From Asterias rubens (taxonomy: Eukaryota), in assembly GCF_902459465.1 (NCBI RefSeq), contig NC_047067.1, positions 16,430,001 through 16,494,000 on the forward strand: 64,000 nt of DNA. The letters run 5' to 3'. Below are positions 24,890 to 36,342 of the stretch, in pieces. A program made the translations under genes and the position numbers. Below the pieces are notes generated by a model. The model did no database searches. It saw only the letters and a list, made by a program, of their open reading frames with translations, and was not told the DNA's origin. Positions within the stretch are counted from its first letter, which is position 1, and every line of letters starts with the position of its first letter.

Positions 24890-25748
24890 TGCGATAACGT
24901 AACCCTCCTGCCGACGGCGGAGCCGGAGGGTTACGAGTCACTCCCATTCGATGCAGGGCGAAATGGTCAAACACGTACAATTTCGACAGCTAGTCAACAG
25001 ATTTGCTAAATTTTTACCCCTTTCGAAAATCATGACATAAATTCTATGAACACGACCTTAATCCTCAATATCTAATGAATAACATTCAAAACACCATTGA
25101 GAAAGTATTTTGAAATAAAGTACAAAAACTTACCAGATCCCGGAGCGAAACAGTCACAAATTTCCCAGGTTCTATTTTGAACCTGTCGCTTCGCCATTTT
25201 GTGACTTCCCAATGTTCATTGCTGTTGGACTAAACCATTCTGTAAAAGGGGTGTTATAAGGCAGCACGACAGTGCGTGTGCGCTGTCCGTTTACTATGCC
25301 CGCTGTTCACTCACTTAAAGCACTGCCTAACTGCAGCACCCCTTGTAACACCCCTTTTACAGAATGGTTTATTCAAACTCGGCTGCTGCTCGGTCGGCAG
25401 GTAGTCAATTCAATTGGCTGGTACCTGCGGTTGGGTTCAGCGCTTGGGGTCAGCGCATGGTAACCAGCGACAGGTTCAAAAATAGAACCTGGGAAATTTG
25501 TGACTGTTTCGCTCCCGGAATCTGGTAAGTTTTTGTCCTTTTTTTCAAAATATTTTCTCAATTGTGTTTTTGAATGTTATTCATTAGACATTGAGGATTA
25601 AGTTCGTGTTCATAGAATTTGTGTCATTATTTTTTAAAGTGGTAAAAAATGAGCAAATCAGTTGACTAAAATATTTCGCCCTGCATCGAATGGGAGTGAC
25701 TCGTAACCCTCCAGCTACGCCGTCGGTAGGAGGGTTTACGTTATCGCA
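24890..25748. mobile_element. Fold-back element with ~300-bp TIRs
   Basis: 24890-25190 is the reverse complement of ~25467-25748 (TGCGATAACGTAACCCTCC / GGAGGGTTTACGTTATCGCA); no TSD found. Confidence 0.75.
25231..25371. mobile_element. Small nested MITE in the fold-back spacer
   Basis: TAAACCATTCTGTAAAAGGGGTGTTATAAGG / CCTTGTAACACCCCTTTTACAGAATGGTTTA. Confidence 0.7.
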
Positions 25749-26463
25749 ACTACTCACAGGCCTGATAAAGCGAGTTTTCGGAACATGATGTGTGCCACAA
25801 ATCTAATCTGTCTACTGTTTTTCTTCTTGTTTTTTTTTTTTTTTTTTTGGGGGGGGGGGCGGTAAGAGCATAGGCCTCTTTTTAGTTTATTTTCATCTGA
25901 ATTGATTTCCACTTTATGGACATTATTTGTCCTGCATGTCTCTGTTTTTTTTATTATGATGCCTATATACATGTAATACCTTTTTTCTGGGCCGGTTGTA
26001 TATGGTTTTTGAGTCGGATTTTCTGAGTACAATTTCACTTTTAAAATTTTGTTTGCTACATTTTGACCCTTTGTCAAGTAAATTTATATAGTGTGCGTTT
26101 TTGCGGTTGCAGTGGCGATCTTACCTTTTTTTTCAATTCAATTTTGTCTCCTTTTAATCAGAAATGGGGTTGATTTACTCTGGGTCCACCTGACGCTTAT
26201 CTTTTTGTATTTTATTCCGTGTAATATGATTGTTTGTAATGCAATGTTTTTACTAAATTTTTGCTACTTTTTAACTGTTGTGTATTTTTAACAAACCATA
26301 TTGCTATTTTTGCTCATGTTTTTTAATCCTGCATTTTTCTTGACTGTACAGGGCTTTGAATCAGTGTTAAAGCGCTTTAGAAATGCATTTAAGTTAAGTT
26401 AAGTTAAGTTAATTGGTCCTCTAAACTTTCTTGTCAATAGGCTGCACGTTACGGGAGCACTAG

Positions 26464-28122
26464 TAGTCCAGGCATTATTTGATAATACCTCGGACAAATT
26501 GCAACAGAAAGTCTGTAAACTGTTTCATACTCAGAATTTTGTCCTCTATAACATATCAAAACTCTTAAGCAATCCGAGTGGGGGAAAGCGTCATGGCGGC
26601 CATTTTTCAAAATGGCCCCCAAAAACTGGATTTTCCCCAATATCTCCGCTTCTAATTAATGACTTAGGGCTTAAATTTTAAGTGCTAAATATACATTTTC
26701 ACTGACTAGGAATCAAGTGAAACGCTTTTTCGTAAAGTTAAACCTGGCCAAACAAATAAATGGCGGCCATTTTCCAAAATGGCCGCCATAAAACAGATAT
26801 TTCCAATTATCTCCGCTTCTAAACGTATTAGGGCTTTAGTTTTAAGTGCTAGACATACTTTTTCTGGGGCCAGGAATCCAATCGTACCTGTTTTCATAAG
26901 CTTAACTTGACCAAAAAGCATATTCTGAGAAAGTGTCTATCATTTTAATACACCTCGTCATATGCCTCGCCCTCTGTAACCCTTCTTCGAATCGTCGGTA
27001 TACATCTTGATGTTCATCCTTGAGCTTGCTCAACCGATGCACACAGAGGTAGGCTGATTTGGTGTAGGGATTGTGCCCAGAAGCTGCCAGGTAGCGCAGC
27101 ATTTCTGACACAGCTTCAATGTGCAACGCCCAGTTGCCAATGCGCTCTTCTCTGACAAACTTCCAAAGTACATGTATATCCACCATCTCCACGTACTGTA
27201 ACTAGTGCGTGGCAGTCTTAACTGACTTCAATGATTTGGTTTTTGCCATGAGGAGCTCCTTGATCCTTGTTAACACATCAGCTTGGCAGAACTCCTCTGC
27301 AGATACGGAACCTTCCATCCGGTTCTTGTAGACGGCAGCAAGTTCATCAACCAGCTGTTGCGTGGACGCCCTATGGGTCTCTTTCAGGCTGGGCCAGGAC
27401 GGATTCCCCCCACTGTACCTCAGCCAGTGTGGGAGCAACATTTAATAACATTGAGAAAAATCAAACTGGAGAATAACATCATTAAAATAACACTTCGTTT
27501 AGACATGTTAGAAAGCAGAAGAAGGGATCCTTACAAAAGCACTTACACTTAAATCTCAATGTTAGGCCTATTTAAAAGCGGAAAGAATAGGAAAATATAT
27601 GTGTTAATGCGGCCATTTTGGAAAATGGCTGCCATTGTTGTGCTTTTTGGTCAGGTGTACCTTATTGTAACGAGTGTCATTGGATTCCTGCCCCAGAAAA
27701 TGTATGTTTAGCACTTAAAATTAAAGCCCTAAGTCATTTAGAAGCGGAGATATTGGGAAACATCTGTTTTATGGCGGCTATTTTGGAAAATGGTGGCCAT
27801 TTTGAGAAATTGGCGGTCATTTTTTGCTTTTTGACCAGGTTAAGCGATACGAAATGCGTTTTATTTGATTCCTTGTGGGTGAAAATGTATTTTTACCACT
27901 TCAAATTAAAGCCCTAAGTCATTAAAGAAGTGGTGATACTGGGAAATATTGGGTTTCTGCAACCATTTCGAAAAATGGCAGCCATGACACTTTCCCCCAC
28001 TCGGATTGCTTAAGAGTTTTGATATGTTATAGAGGACAAAATTCTGGATATGAAACAGTTTACAGACTTTCTGTTGCAATTTGTCCGAGGTTAACTCATT
28101 TTATTGTGAAATGCCTGGACTA
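26464..28122 (-). mobile_element. Academ-like non-autonomous element, copy 2 (longer, inverted relative to copy 1)
   Basis: TAG|TAGTCCAGGCAT...ATGCCTGGACTA|TAG (3-bp TSD); minus-strand remnants WPSLKETHRAST..SAEEFCQADVL and EERIGNWALHIEAVSEMLRYLAASGHN. Confidence 0.8.
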
Positions 28123-30212
28123 TAGCCGTGAACATGAACGTCAAAAAAGTGTATTGTTTATTGTTACTTTGGGGCTTATTGCATCTCGCGAAATTTTAAC
28201 GAAACAATTTCTGAACGTTCATGTTCACGCTACCTCCATACATCCCATATCTCTGGAACCCTATATCGTACAAACTAAATAAAAATGGTAACTCGGCCTC
28301 ACTCCTTAATTTTCTCTAACTTATTTCACTTTCAGAAAGCATGTCAAGTTATTTTTAGGGTTTGTTACGTCCAGTTCGGGTCAATTTGTAATAGACAAAC
28401 TCCTAAAAATGTACCCCATTCAGCCGCTTGAGGGCTCTTTTGTTAACATTATCTCCAGTAACCAACCCGATGGGCCGATTGCTAAAGTAGGCTGCAAAAT
28501 GGATTTGGCAAAATGTACATTCTGAGACCTGACCGACACATTGCTCTAACCAATTTTGTGAATGGACTTATTCAAAAGGAAACTTAATGTCGTTTTGCTC
28601 CACAACTTTGACCAAATGCAAAGTTCTTTTTTTTACAGCTTCAAAACAGCCTTTGACGTACGTGTATAAGTTTCACAAACTTCCGTGATGGGGTAAACTC
28701 TGAAACTGCAACACTATACCTCCATGAACAGACCGTATTCTAAAACGGTATTCATGTACTCATTTGAGTTTACTGCCAAAAAGAATCAGAATGTATACAC
28801 TCTTCTTGTAAATAATTTGTTCTATAAAAATAGTGTCCGTAGTTTAAAAACAGCAAGATACGTTTTGCATCAATAGTGCAATTTCTGTATGGAGATTTAT
28901 TGTAAGTCCGAGGTCGCCACCCACTTTCAACCTAAAGTGGTCCCATGGCGACCTCCTTCACCAAGCAACAGGTGGCCCGTCTCAAAACCAGACAACACGC
29001 CACTCACAATACACTGACCAGAATGTAAGGAGAGGTTGGGCTCGATTACACATGCTTACTTTATTTGTGTAAGCTCCCCCCCAACCCCAAAATGTTACTA
29101 ATTGTAAAGTTCCCTTAGACACCTTACAGGTTTCTTCCAACCTATAGCCCTACCCAATGTTTCCAAATTATAAAGCTTCCGTTTGATCCCATCCTTGTCC
29201 ATAATTCTCATGCTGTTTGGAAGTGAATGCTTTTTTATAAATATTGTCCATTTAATCTTTTCAATAAATGAGGCACCTGTCAGAAGGATTTCTAGGAAGT
29301 CTGGTAACAACATCGACCAGTGGTTGACACATGGTCGCCTGCGAAACATCAACCTGTGAGTTACTTCATTCATGCAATGCAAGTTTGTGAGATTTGTTTC
29401 GGTTTTGTCCTGGCACCCAGCCTCTTCGACCCTGCGCGGCAATGAATGAACCAATCCGGAGAACCATGCTTAGTATAACACGAAAGTAACCCGACCAAAA
29501 AGGGCGGATCGAATGGCAGGTGGGCGGGCAAGGGGCAATGAGTGAACCAATCCGGAGAACAATCTGCGAAACACTGTCCAATGAATCACCTGTCAGAAGG
29601 ATTTATAGGAAGTCTGGTAACAACATCGACCAGTGGTTGACACACGGTCGCCGCCCAAACTTCCTCCAATCAGATGACTCTTAAGTGGGAGCTTGTGTCA
29701 GGGTTTTGTAGACTTGCAACCCGACGTCTGAAAAGACACAAACGTGTTGAATTCCACACACACAACCGTGATGATTTCCACAAGGATGCCATGCCACTGG
29801 ATCTTCTAATTTCAATCCAAGATGGCGGGGGTTACGTTTTAATAGTATAGATCAACTGTTCAATTATTTGTGACCAGTGGGCCCATGTTGTGTTGAGTTT
29901 TTTTCGATGGCAGGAATTCTAGACAGGAATATTTTGGACCTGTAATTGTTAAATAAGAATGTTGTATAAAAAATAGTGGTCGATAATTTTATCTTTTTGT
30001 ATTGACACAAATATTTTAGTTTGTTGTTATTTTTTATCTCCTGTCTCAGAAATCGTACTACAATTTAAAGATATAAGCATATTAAATAAACATTTAACCT
30101 CATGGTGACGACTTAACATCAGGATGTGGATAACATATTTCAAAGAAAGTTTTGAAACCAATAAAATATTACAACCTCCCAACCTTCGCAGCCCCTGCGT
30201 GCTGCGTCGGTC

Positions 30213-32237
30213 GTGGACCCCGTTGACTTCGGGGGGAACATTTCTCGTTCCCCCTCGTCGGTCAGCGTCCAAGGGTCCAGCCTGTCTAAGGGTAAACGCC
30301 CGGGTACAAGCAAGAAAACACCTGCTACCCGGGCCGTTTCCAAGAAGAATAAGGCAGGCAAAGGAAACCCCGTTCCGGGGTCTTCCACGCCTGCCGCTAA
30401 GCCACCCACTGGCCTACTGCGGACGGAGGGGGTCCCCCCTCCGCGTGTCTCAGTGCGCCATTCCCCATCCAGCCCCACCGAATCTCCCTCGGTGGCCGTG
30501 GTGGGGGACGGGGTTGAGTTTGCCGACCGTAACCCGGCCGCTCATGCCATTGGGCTGGGCGCGCTGGTGGTCGGTCGGCAGATTGCCCATGCCGAGCCGG
30601 CGAACTGGGGTTCCCCCGGTATCCCGCGCTCGGTGGGTCCGTCCTCATCCTCGGGTTTTACCCGTTGTTCTGGGGTCCCCGTGACACAACCCTTGTCCGA
30701 AGGGACATCTGAGGTTACCCCAGCCCTTTCTTCCCGTCGAGGGAAAAGGGCCAAAAAGGGGGAGCGGTCACGGCGCTCTTCGAGCTCCAGTGATTCCTCC
30801 CGGGGATCCCGCAGGGACAAGCGTCACCGCGGTGACTCGCTTTCACGGGCCGACTTCATGGAGGCCTTTCAGGCGTTGACCGCCTCCCTGATGGGCAGGT
30901 TGGAGCAGGGCCATGGCCCAGTGGCTCCGCCCGTTTTGTCGGCCCATCATGGCGTGTAAGCCCCGCCGGGTTTCCCGGCCCGGGTCGACGCACCGGTCCC
31001 GTTCGACCACCAGTGGGTGGCCTCGGGTAGCGGTATCCCTCATACCGTGAGCAGGGCCCCGGCGTCTCCGCCGTGCCACCACTCTGTGACCGCCAGGACT
31101 GTAACATCCCCGTTGGGGATCAGTTTGCACCCGTCGTCAGTATTCTCTGACTCGGGTTCATCTATGGGCCATGATAATAGTACTGGGCACTCGCCCGGGA
31201 CAAGTCGCCCCCCTGGGGATGACTCGTCCCCGGAAGAGGACGAGTTGACCGCTATGCAGCGGTTGTCAATTCGTGAGACTGAGTTGCGGCTCGTTCAGCG
31301 GGACATGATCCGAGCGCTGAACCTGCCGGCCATGGCCGACCCCCCTCCTTCTGAACGTCAGTCGTTCAAGAAGAGGTCGGGTCCAGCTCCATCGGTCCAG
31401 AATACTTTCCCGACTCTGCCCCTGGATCGTGTTTGCACAGATCGCATGGATGCAGTTATGCATGCAGGGAAATGGCGGGCGCATGCTTCACGCGCTGAAG
31501 CTTACTATCGTTTTCCCCAAGGGGATTTCGATAAGTATTTTGCGACGCCCGTTCTCCCAGATTCGGCATCGGACAAACTCACTGCCGACCGGGGGGCTAC
31601 TTCCTCCAAACGTCCCTTCGCCGATAAGGCCCGTGGGAAATTGGAGGAAGTGGCTAAGAAGTTGGACTCAGCCTCCCGTTTTGGGATGCGGTCCACTTCT
31701 TTCTTGTTACTCCTTTCCGAGTATTTGACCTAGGGCGCTGATGGCGACTCGGCGATTCCCGCCGATCTCGTGGTCGCTGCCCTGCACTGCCTTGATGATG
31801 GCTTGAGGACCATCCTGGACCAGTTCTCACGTATTTCCGCCCTGGCTACGTCTTCCCGTAGGGCGAACGTGTTAGACGCACTGTTCCTTCCTTCAGTGGG
31901 AGCACGCAAGCGTCTTGACGCCTTGCCGCTCACAGGTCCCGACCTTTTTGCGGGCCAGTTCCAGGAATCCATGGAAGCTGAGGCCAAGCGCATCAAGGCG
32001 GCAGATAAAATTAACTTAAAGAAACCGGCTGCGCCCAAGGCCAAGGCGAAGAAGCAAGCCTCCTATACCATCCCACGGCGTCAACCTCAGCGGCACGCCC
32101 TTGGTGGGTTTCGCGGCAGGGCCGACACTCAATCTAGTGTACGAGCCGCGCCGACCCAGATGGGACACCAGCGCCCTCAATCGGGGCGGGGTTTTCACGC
32201 GCCAAACTCCCGATTCCTGGGGGCATGGCGCAAGTGA
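30213..32237 (+). pseudogene. DIRS ORF1 (gag-like), one frame broken by two stops
   Basis: ORFs 30213-30959, 31017-31733 and 31770-32237 are in the same frame, separated by TAA (30957) and TAG (31731); ETELRLVQRDM..FPTLPLDR shared with 14.6-kb and 63.7-kb copies. Confidence 0.85.
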
Positions 32238-32269
32238 CTCGCTTGCCTCAAGGCGGCCTCCCACCGACG

Positions 32270-34690
32270 GACCCGTGGGGGGCCGCCTTAAAAAAATTCT
32301 GGGGTCCTGGGGACAGGTTGTCTCTGATTGGTGGGTCCTCGAGACACTCGAGTACGGCTACGCGCTCGAGTTCACCGGGACCCCCCCGCCGGACATGATA
32401 ATTCGGCCCACGCTGATTCCGTCCGACATGGGGAAGCGGTTGGCTCTCGAGGGGGAGATCTCCTCCCTCCAGAAACGAGCAATTTACGCCGCTCCCATGC
32501 AAGGGGCGCGGACGGGTTTCATGTCCACCTTCTTCCTGGTTCCCAAGAAGGAGGTGGGCGAGTGGCGCCCCATCCTAAACCTGAAACCCCTCAACAGATT
32601 CATACGTCCGCAGTGCTTCCATATGGAGACGCTGCGGACCATTCTCGAATCTATTGTCACACCCGCCTGGGGGGCGAGCTTGGACCTGAGGGACGCGTAC
32701 CTCCACGTGCCCATCAGGCCCGAGGATCGCAAATTCCTACGCTTTATGTACAACAGCGTCATGAACGAGTTTGCGACCCTGCCCTTCGGGTTGTCCACTT
32801 CGCCCCGGGTGTTCACCCGGGTAGTGAAGACAATCGGGGCTGCTCTACGGAGGCGCGGGTCATGGTCTTCATGTACCTCGAAGACTGGCTGGTGGGCAGG
32901 TTGTCTCCGACCGGTGGGTCCTCGAGACACTCGAGTACGGCTACTCGCTCGAGTTCACCGGGACCCCCCCGCCGGACATGATAATTCGGCCCACGCTGAT
33001 TCCGTCCAACATGGGGAAGCGGTTGGCTATCGAGGGGGAGATCTCCTCCCTCCTCCAGAAAAGAGCAATTTACGCCGCTCCCATGCAAGGGGCGCGGAGG
33101 GGTTTCATGTCCACCTTCTTCCTGGTTCCCAAGAAGGAGGTGGGCGAGTGGCTCCCAATCCCAAACCTGAAACCCCTCAACAGATTCATTCGTCCGCAGC
33201 GCTTCCGTATGGAGACGCTGCGGACCATTCTCGAATCTATTGTCACACCCGCCTGGGGGGCGAGCTTGGACCTGAGGGACGCGTACCTCCACGTGCCCAT
33301 CAGGCCCGAGGATCGCAAATTCCTACGCTTTATGTACGAGTTTGTGACCCTGCCCTTCGGGTTGTCCACTTCGCCCCGGGTGTTCACTCGGGTAATGAAG
33401 ACAATCGGGGCTGCTCTACGGAGGCGCGGGGTCATGGTCTTCATGAACCTCGAAGACTGGCTGGTAGTGGGGCCATCGCGGGCGGCGACGGATGCGGCGC
33501 TCAGGCTCACCTGGCGCCTCTCTTCCGATCTCGGGTTTCTAGTGAACACAGAAAAGTCGCACACGATACCCTCGCAGACCCCTACCTTCCTCGGAGCGGC
33601 TCTCGATCTCCGCCCACCAAGGGGACTAGCCCACCCTACGGAGGACCGCGTACTGAATCTTTTTCAGTGCGTGTCCCTCTTTCTCCCAGCAGCTGTGGCA
33701 CGGGCAAGGGCTTGGCTCAGGCTCCTTGGCCTTATGGCCAGCATGGTGGACTTGGTGGATTTTTGTCGACTCCGGATGCGGCCAATTCAGCTCCATCTGC
33801 TGTCTTTTTACCGCCCTCGACACCACCCTATCCACCTGCCGGTACCCACTACGCCCTGGCTGATCCCGCACTTGCGGTGGTGGCTGGACGAGGCCCATCT
33901 CACTCAGGGGCGCGTGTTCCGCCCCCCTCAGCCTTTGGTGACCTTTGTCATCGATGCGTCACAGCAGGGCTTGGGGGCGACCCTCCACCCGCGCCAGATC
34001 GCGGGACAGTGGGGCCCGGAGCACCGCTCGTCCCACATCAATGTCCTAGAGTTGATGGCGGTCTTCAATGCCCTTCGGCATTTTCAGACTGCGTGTCGGG
34101 ACGCGCGGTGCTCGTGCAGTGCGACAATACCACGGTCGTGGCTTATGTCAACCGCCAGGGAGGTACCCGGTCGGCGCAGTTGTGCGCCCTGACTTGGGAG
34201 CTCCTTCACTGGTGCATCCGCCAGGGCGTTGCTCTGTCGGCAGTCCACATCCCGGGGGAAGAGAATGTGACAGCCGATGCCCTCTCCAGGGGCTGTATTG
34301 CCCCGACAGAGTGGTCCTTTCTCCCTCAGGTGGCACAGACCCTCTTCCGGCTGATCGACCGGCCCCACGTAGGCAAACAATCAGCTGCCAACGTATTGTC
34401 AAGGGTTCCAGACCCCAACGCATGGCAGATCGACGCCTTGTCGATTCCGTGGGAGGACCTCCTGGCTTACGCCTTTTTGCTATTCTCGCTCATCCCCCGG
34501 GTGTTGACCAAGATAGAGACCACCCACTGCCGGGTGCTCCTCATAGCCCCGTTCTGGCCGCGTCAGCTGTGGTTCCCTCGACTCGTGAGGCTCCTGGTCC
34601 GGATCTCCTTTATCAACCCAGTTCCGGAATGATTCATCCGGCCCCGAGGGAACTCCGCCTGACGTGCTGGGTGTTATCACCCGGTCGCTC
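32270..34690 (+). pseudogene. DIRS ORF2: RT, RNase H and Dam-like methyltransferase, frameshifted, with internal RT duplication
   Basis: FFLVPKK..RPILNLKPLN, SLDLRDAYLHVPI, LPFGLSTSPRVFT, YLEDWL; RH DAS..G.GA, HINVLEL, DNTTVVAYVNRQGG, NVTADALSR; MT DALSIPW..AYAF..LIAPFWPRQLWFPRL. Confidence 0.92.
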
Positions 34691-34720
34691 CGCACAGCAG
34701 GCCTTTCACGCCGGGCTGCA

Positions 34721-35715
34721 GAGCTTGCCGCCCAGTCGAGGCGTGCCTCCACTCGTAAGATCTACGATTGCCGACTACGCCATTTCTTTAAATGGTGTAG
34801 ACGGCGATCTATACGCCCCCCAGTGCTTCTCTGAAGGACATAGGGGATTTTCTTCTTTACCTTTACGAGAGTGGGCTAGCGACCGCCACGGTTAAAAACT
34901 ACCGGTCGGCCATTGCAGCCATTCATGAGGGCTTTCCCGATGGCTCCTCGGTTTCTACCAATTGAGCGATCTGTCAGTTGGCAAGGGGCATGTTTGTATC
35001 CCGGCCTCCGGTACGCAAACTTGTCCCGTCTTGGGACCTCCAGAGTGTTCCATCCACTCTAGCAGGTCCCCCATTCGAACCCCTCAGCAATGCTCCTTTA
35101 CTGCAGTTGTCGATAAAGGTTTCCTCTCTGCTGGCGGCCGCTACGTCGCGCAGATGTAGCGAGCTCCACGCCCTGACATTTGCACCGGGTCACATTCGTT
35201 GGGAACCCGGTGGTGTCCGTCTGGTTCCTTCCGCCGGGTTTCTGACGAAGAATCAGTCTGATTCTTTTCAGCCCCCGGACATTTTCATTCTGGACTTAAA
35301 GTCCTTCTCTGCGGTCGCGGCTGACAGACTTTGGTGCCCTGTCCGGGCGCTTAAATGGTACATAAGCCGCACCAAGCCTATCCGCTCCGGCCATCACCAA
35401 CTATTCTTGGCCTCGACAACCCCTCATCAACCGGTAACGCGCGATACTATCGCTCGCTGGATCGTTACCGCCATCCGCTCCGTTCCGGGCGGGTGGCCGG
35501 CAGCCGAGGGCAATATTCACGCCCACGACGTCCGCGGCGTGTCGTCCTCTTGGGCATTTTTTAAAGTTATACCAATAGAGGATATAACCAAGGCAGCCTG
35601 TTGGAAGAGTGCTACAACCTTCTCACAATGCTACCTGAAGGACGTACTCCAGACTGACGGCCAGGCAGGCCGTGCGGTGTTGCAGTCGGCCTCCCGTGGG
35701 TCATCCTCCTGCTAG
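34721..35715 (+). pseudogene. DIRS ORF3 tyrosine recombinase; catalytic domain (34978-35715) open, N-terminus disrupted
   Basis: STRKIYDCRLRHFFKWC, then a frameshift and a TGA; catalytic part RRCSEL, FLTKNQ, CPVRAL, HDVR, ACWKSATTFSQCYL. Confidence 0.92.
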
Positions 35716-35992
35716 TCCTTTTCGCATCAAGTCTTCACCCTCGGTGAGTTCTTGTCTGTATACCATACATTTGTGCCACTGTTTAACATTGATAATGTTT
35801 TTTCCTTGTCCTATTGGGACGACACCCCCCGGGTCGTGTGCGGACAATGTGGCCCCCCATATTTTGCGTTTTTTATTTCTTGCAACAGCTGGTGCCTCCT
35901 TCCGGTCGCGCCTCGTTGCCATGACGCCATAATAATTGTATGATGTGCAATAGTCCCGCGTATACCCACCGCCTTCCTAAACGGTGCTAGTC

Positions 35993-36101
35993 TATGCAAT
36001 TGTAGTAATTTGCTCTACAGGTAAGTAGATTGACATAGACTCCCCCCCCCCCCCACAGTAGTGTGGGTAGGGTCTACGAACGAATACTTACCTGTAGAGC
36101 A
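35993..36101 (+). repeat. DIRS internal complementary region (ICR)
   Basis: 36042-36101 is the reverse complement of the element 3' end; 35993-36026 repeats the right ITR and, with 36027-36041, predicts the missing left terminus. Confidence 0.9.
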
Positions 36102-36270
36102 TCCCTCCCGCCTGCCCCACTATACTTGGTTCTTGTATACTTGTACGTATGAGTTTCTGAGAAAGAGGGCGATTGCGCATGGCGGTCGCGCCGTCGTGCA
36201 CTGGGCGATGGAGGTCGCTGTTGCACTTGTTGTAAAAAAGTCTGAGTGTTACCTAGCGGCGCATAGGGAA

Positions 36271-36342
36271 TATGCAATTGTAGTAATTTGCTCTACAGGT
36301 AAGTATTCGTTCGTAGACCCTACCCACACTACTGTGGGGGGG
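36271..36342 (+). repeat. DIRS right ITR, terminal part
   Basis: TATGCAATTGTAGTAATTTGCTCTACAGGTAAGTATTCGTTCGTAGACCCTACCCACACTACTGT plus G7. Confidence 0.88.

Larger units (their letters stand above)
30180..36342 (+). mobile_element. DIRS1-type tyrosine-recombinase retrotransposon, near full length, 5'-truncated, mutated
   Basis: GC-rich block with gag-like ORF1, RT, RNase H, MT and YR in canonical DIRS order, followed by ICR and right ITR; left ITR missing. Confidence 0.95.

Noticed and set aside
29267-29652. Duplicated ~75-bp segment with CCAAT-like motifs as the missing DIRS left terminus or promoter
   Set aside because: It does not match the left-end sequence predicted by the ICR and lies ~500 bp from the first DIRS-like base.
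32101-34632. 843-aa ORF as an intact pol gene
   Set aside because: It leaves the RT frame at ~32860, reads the duplicated unit out of frame and re-enters only at RNase H; it is a chance fusion of frameshifted pieces.
30180-35720. GC-rich island with integrase and methyltransferase as a prophage, bacterial contaminant or restriction-modification system
   Set aside because: Domain order, ICR/ITR structure and multiple degraded relatives inside a spliced eukaryotic gene identify it as a DIRS retrotransposon.
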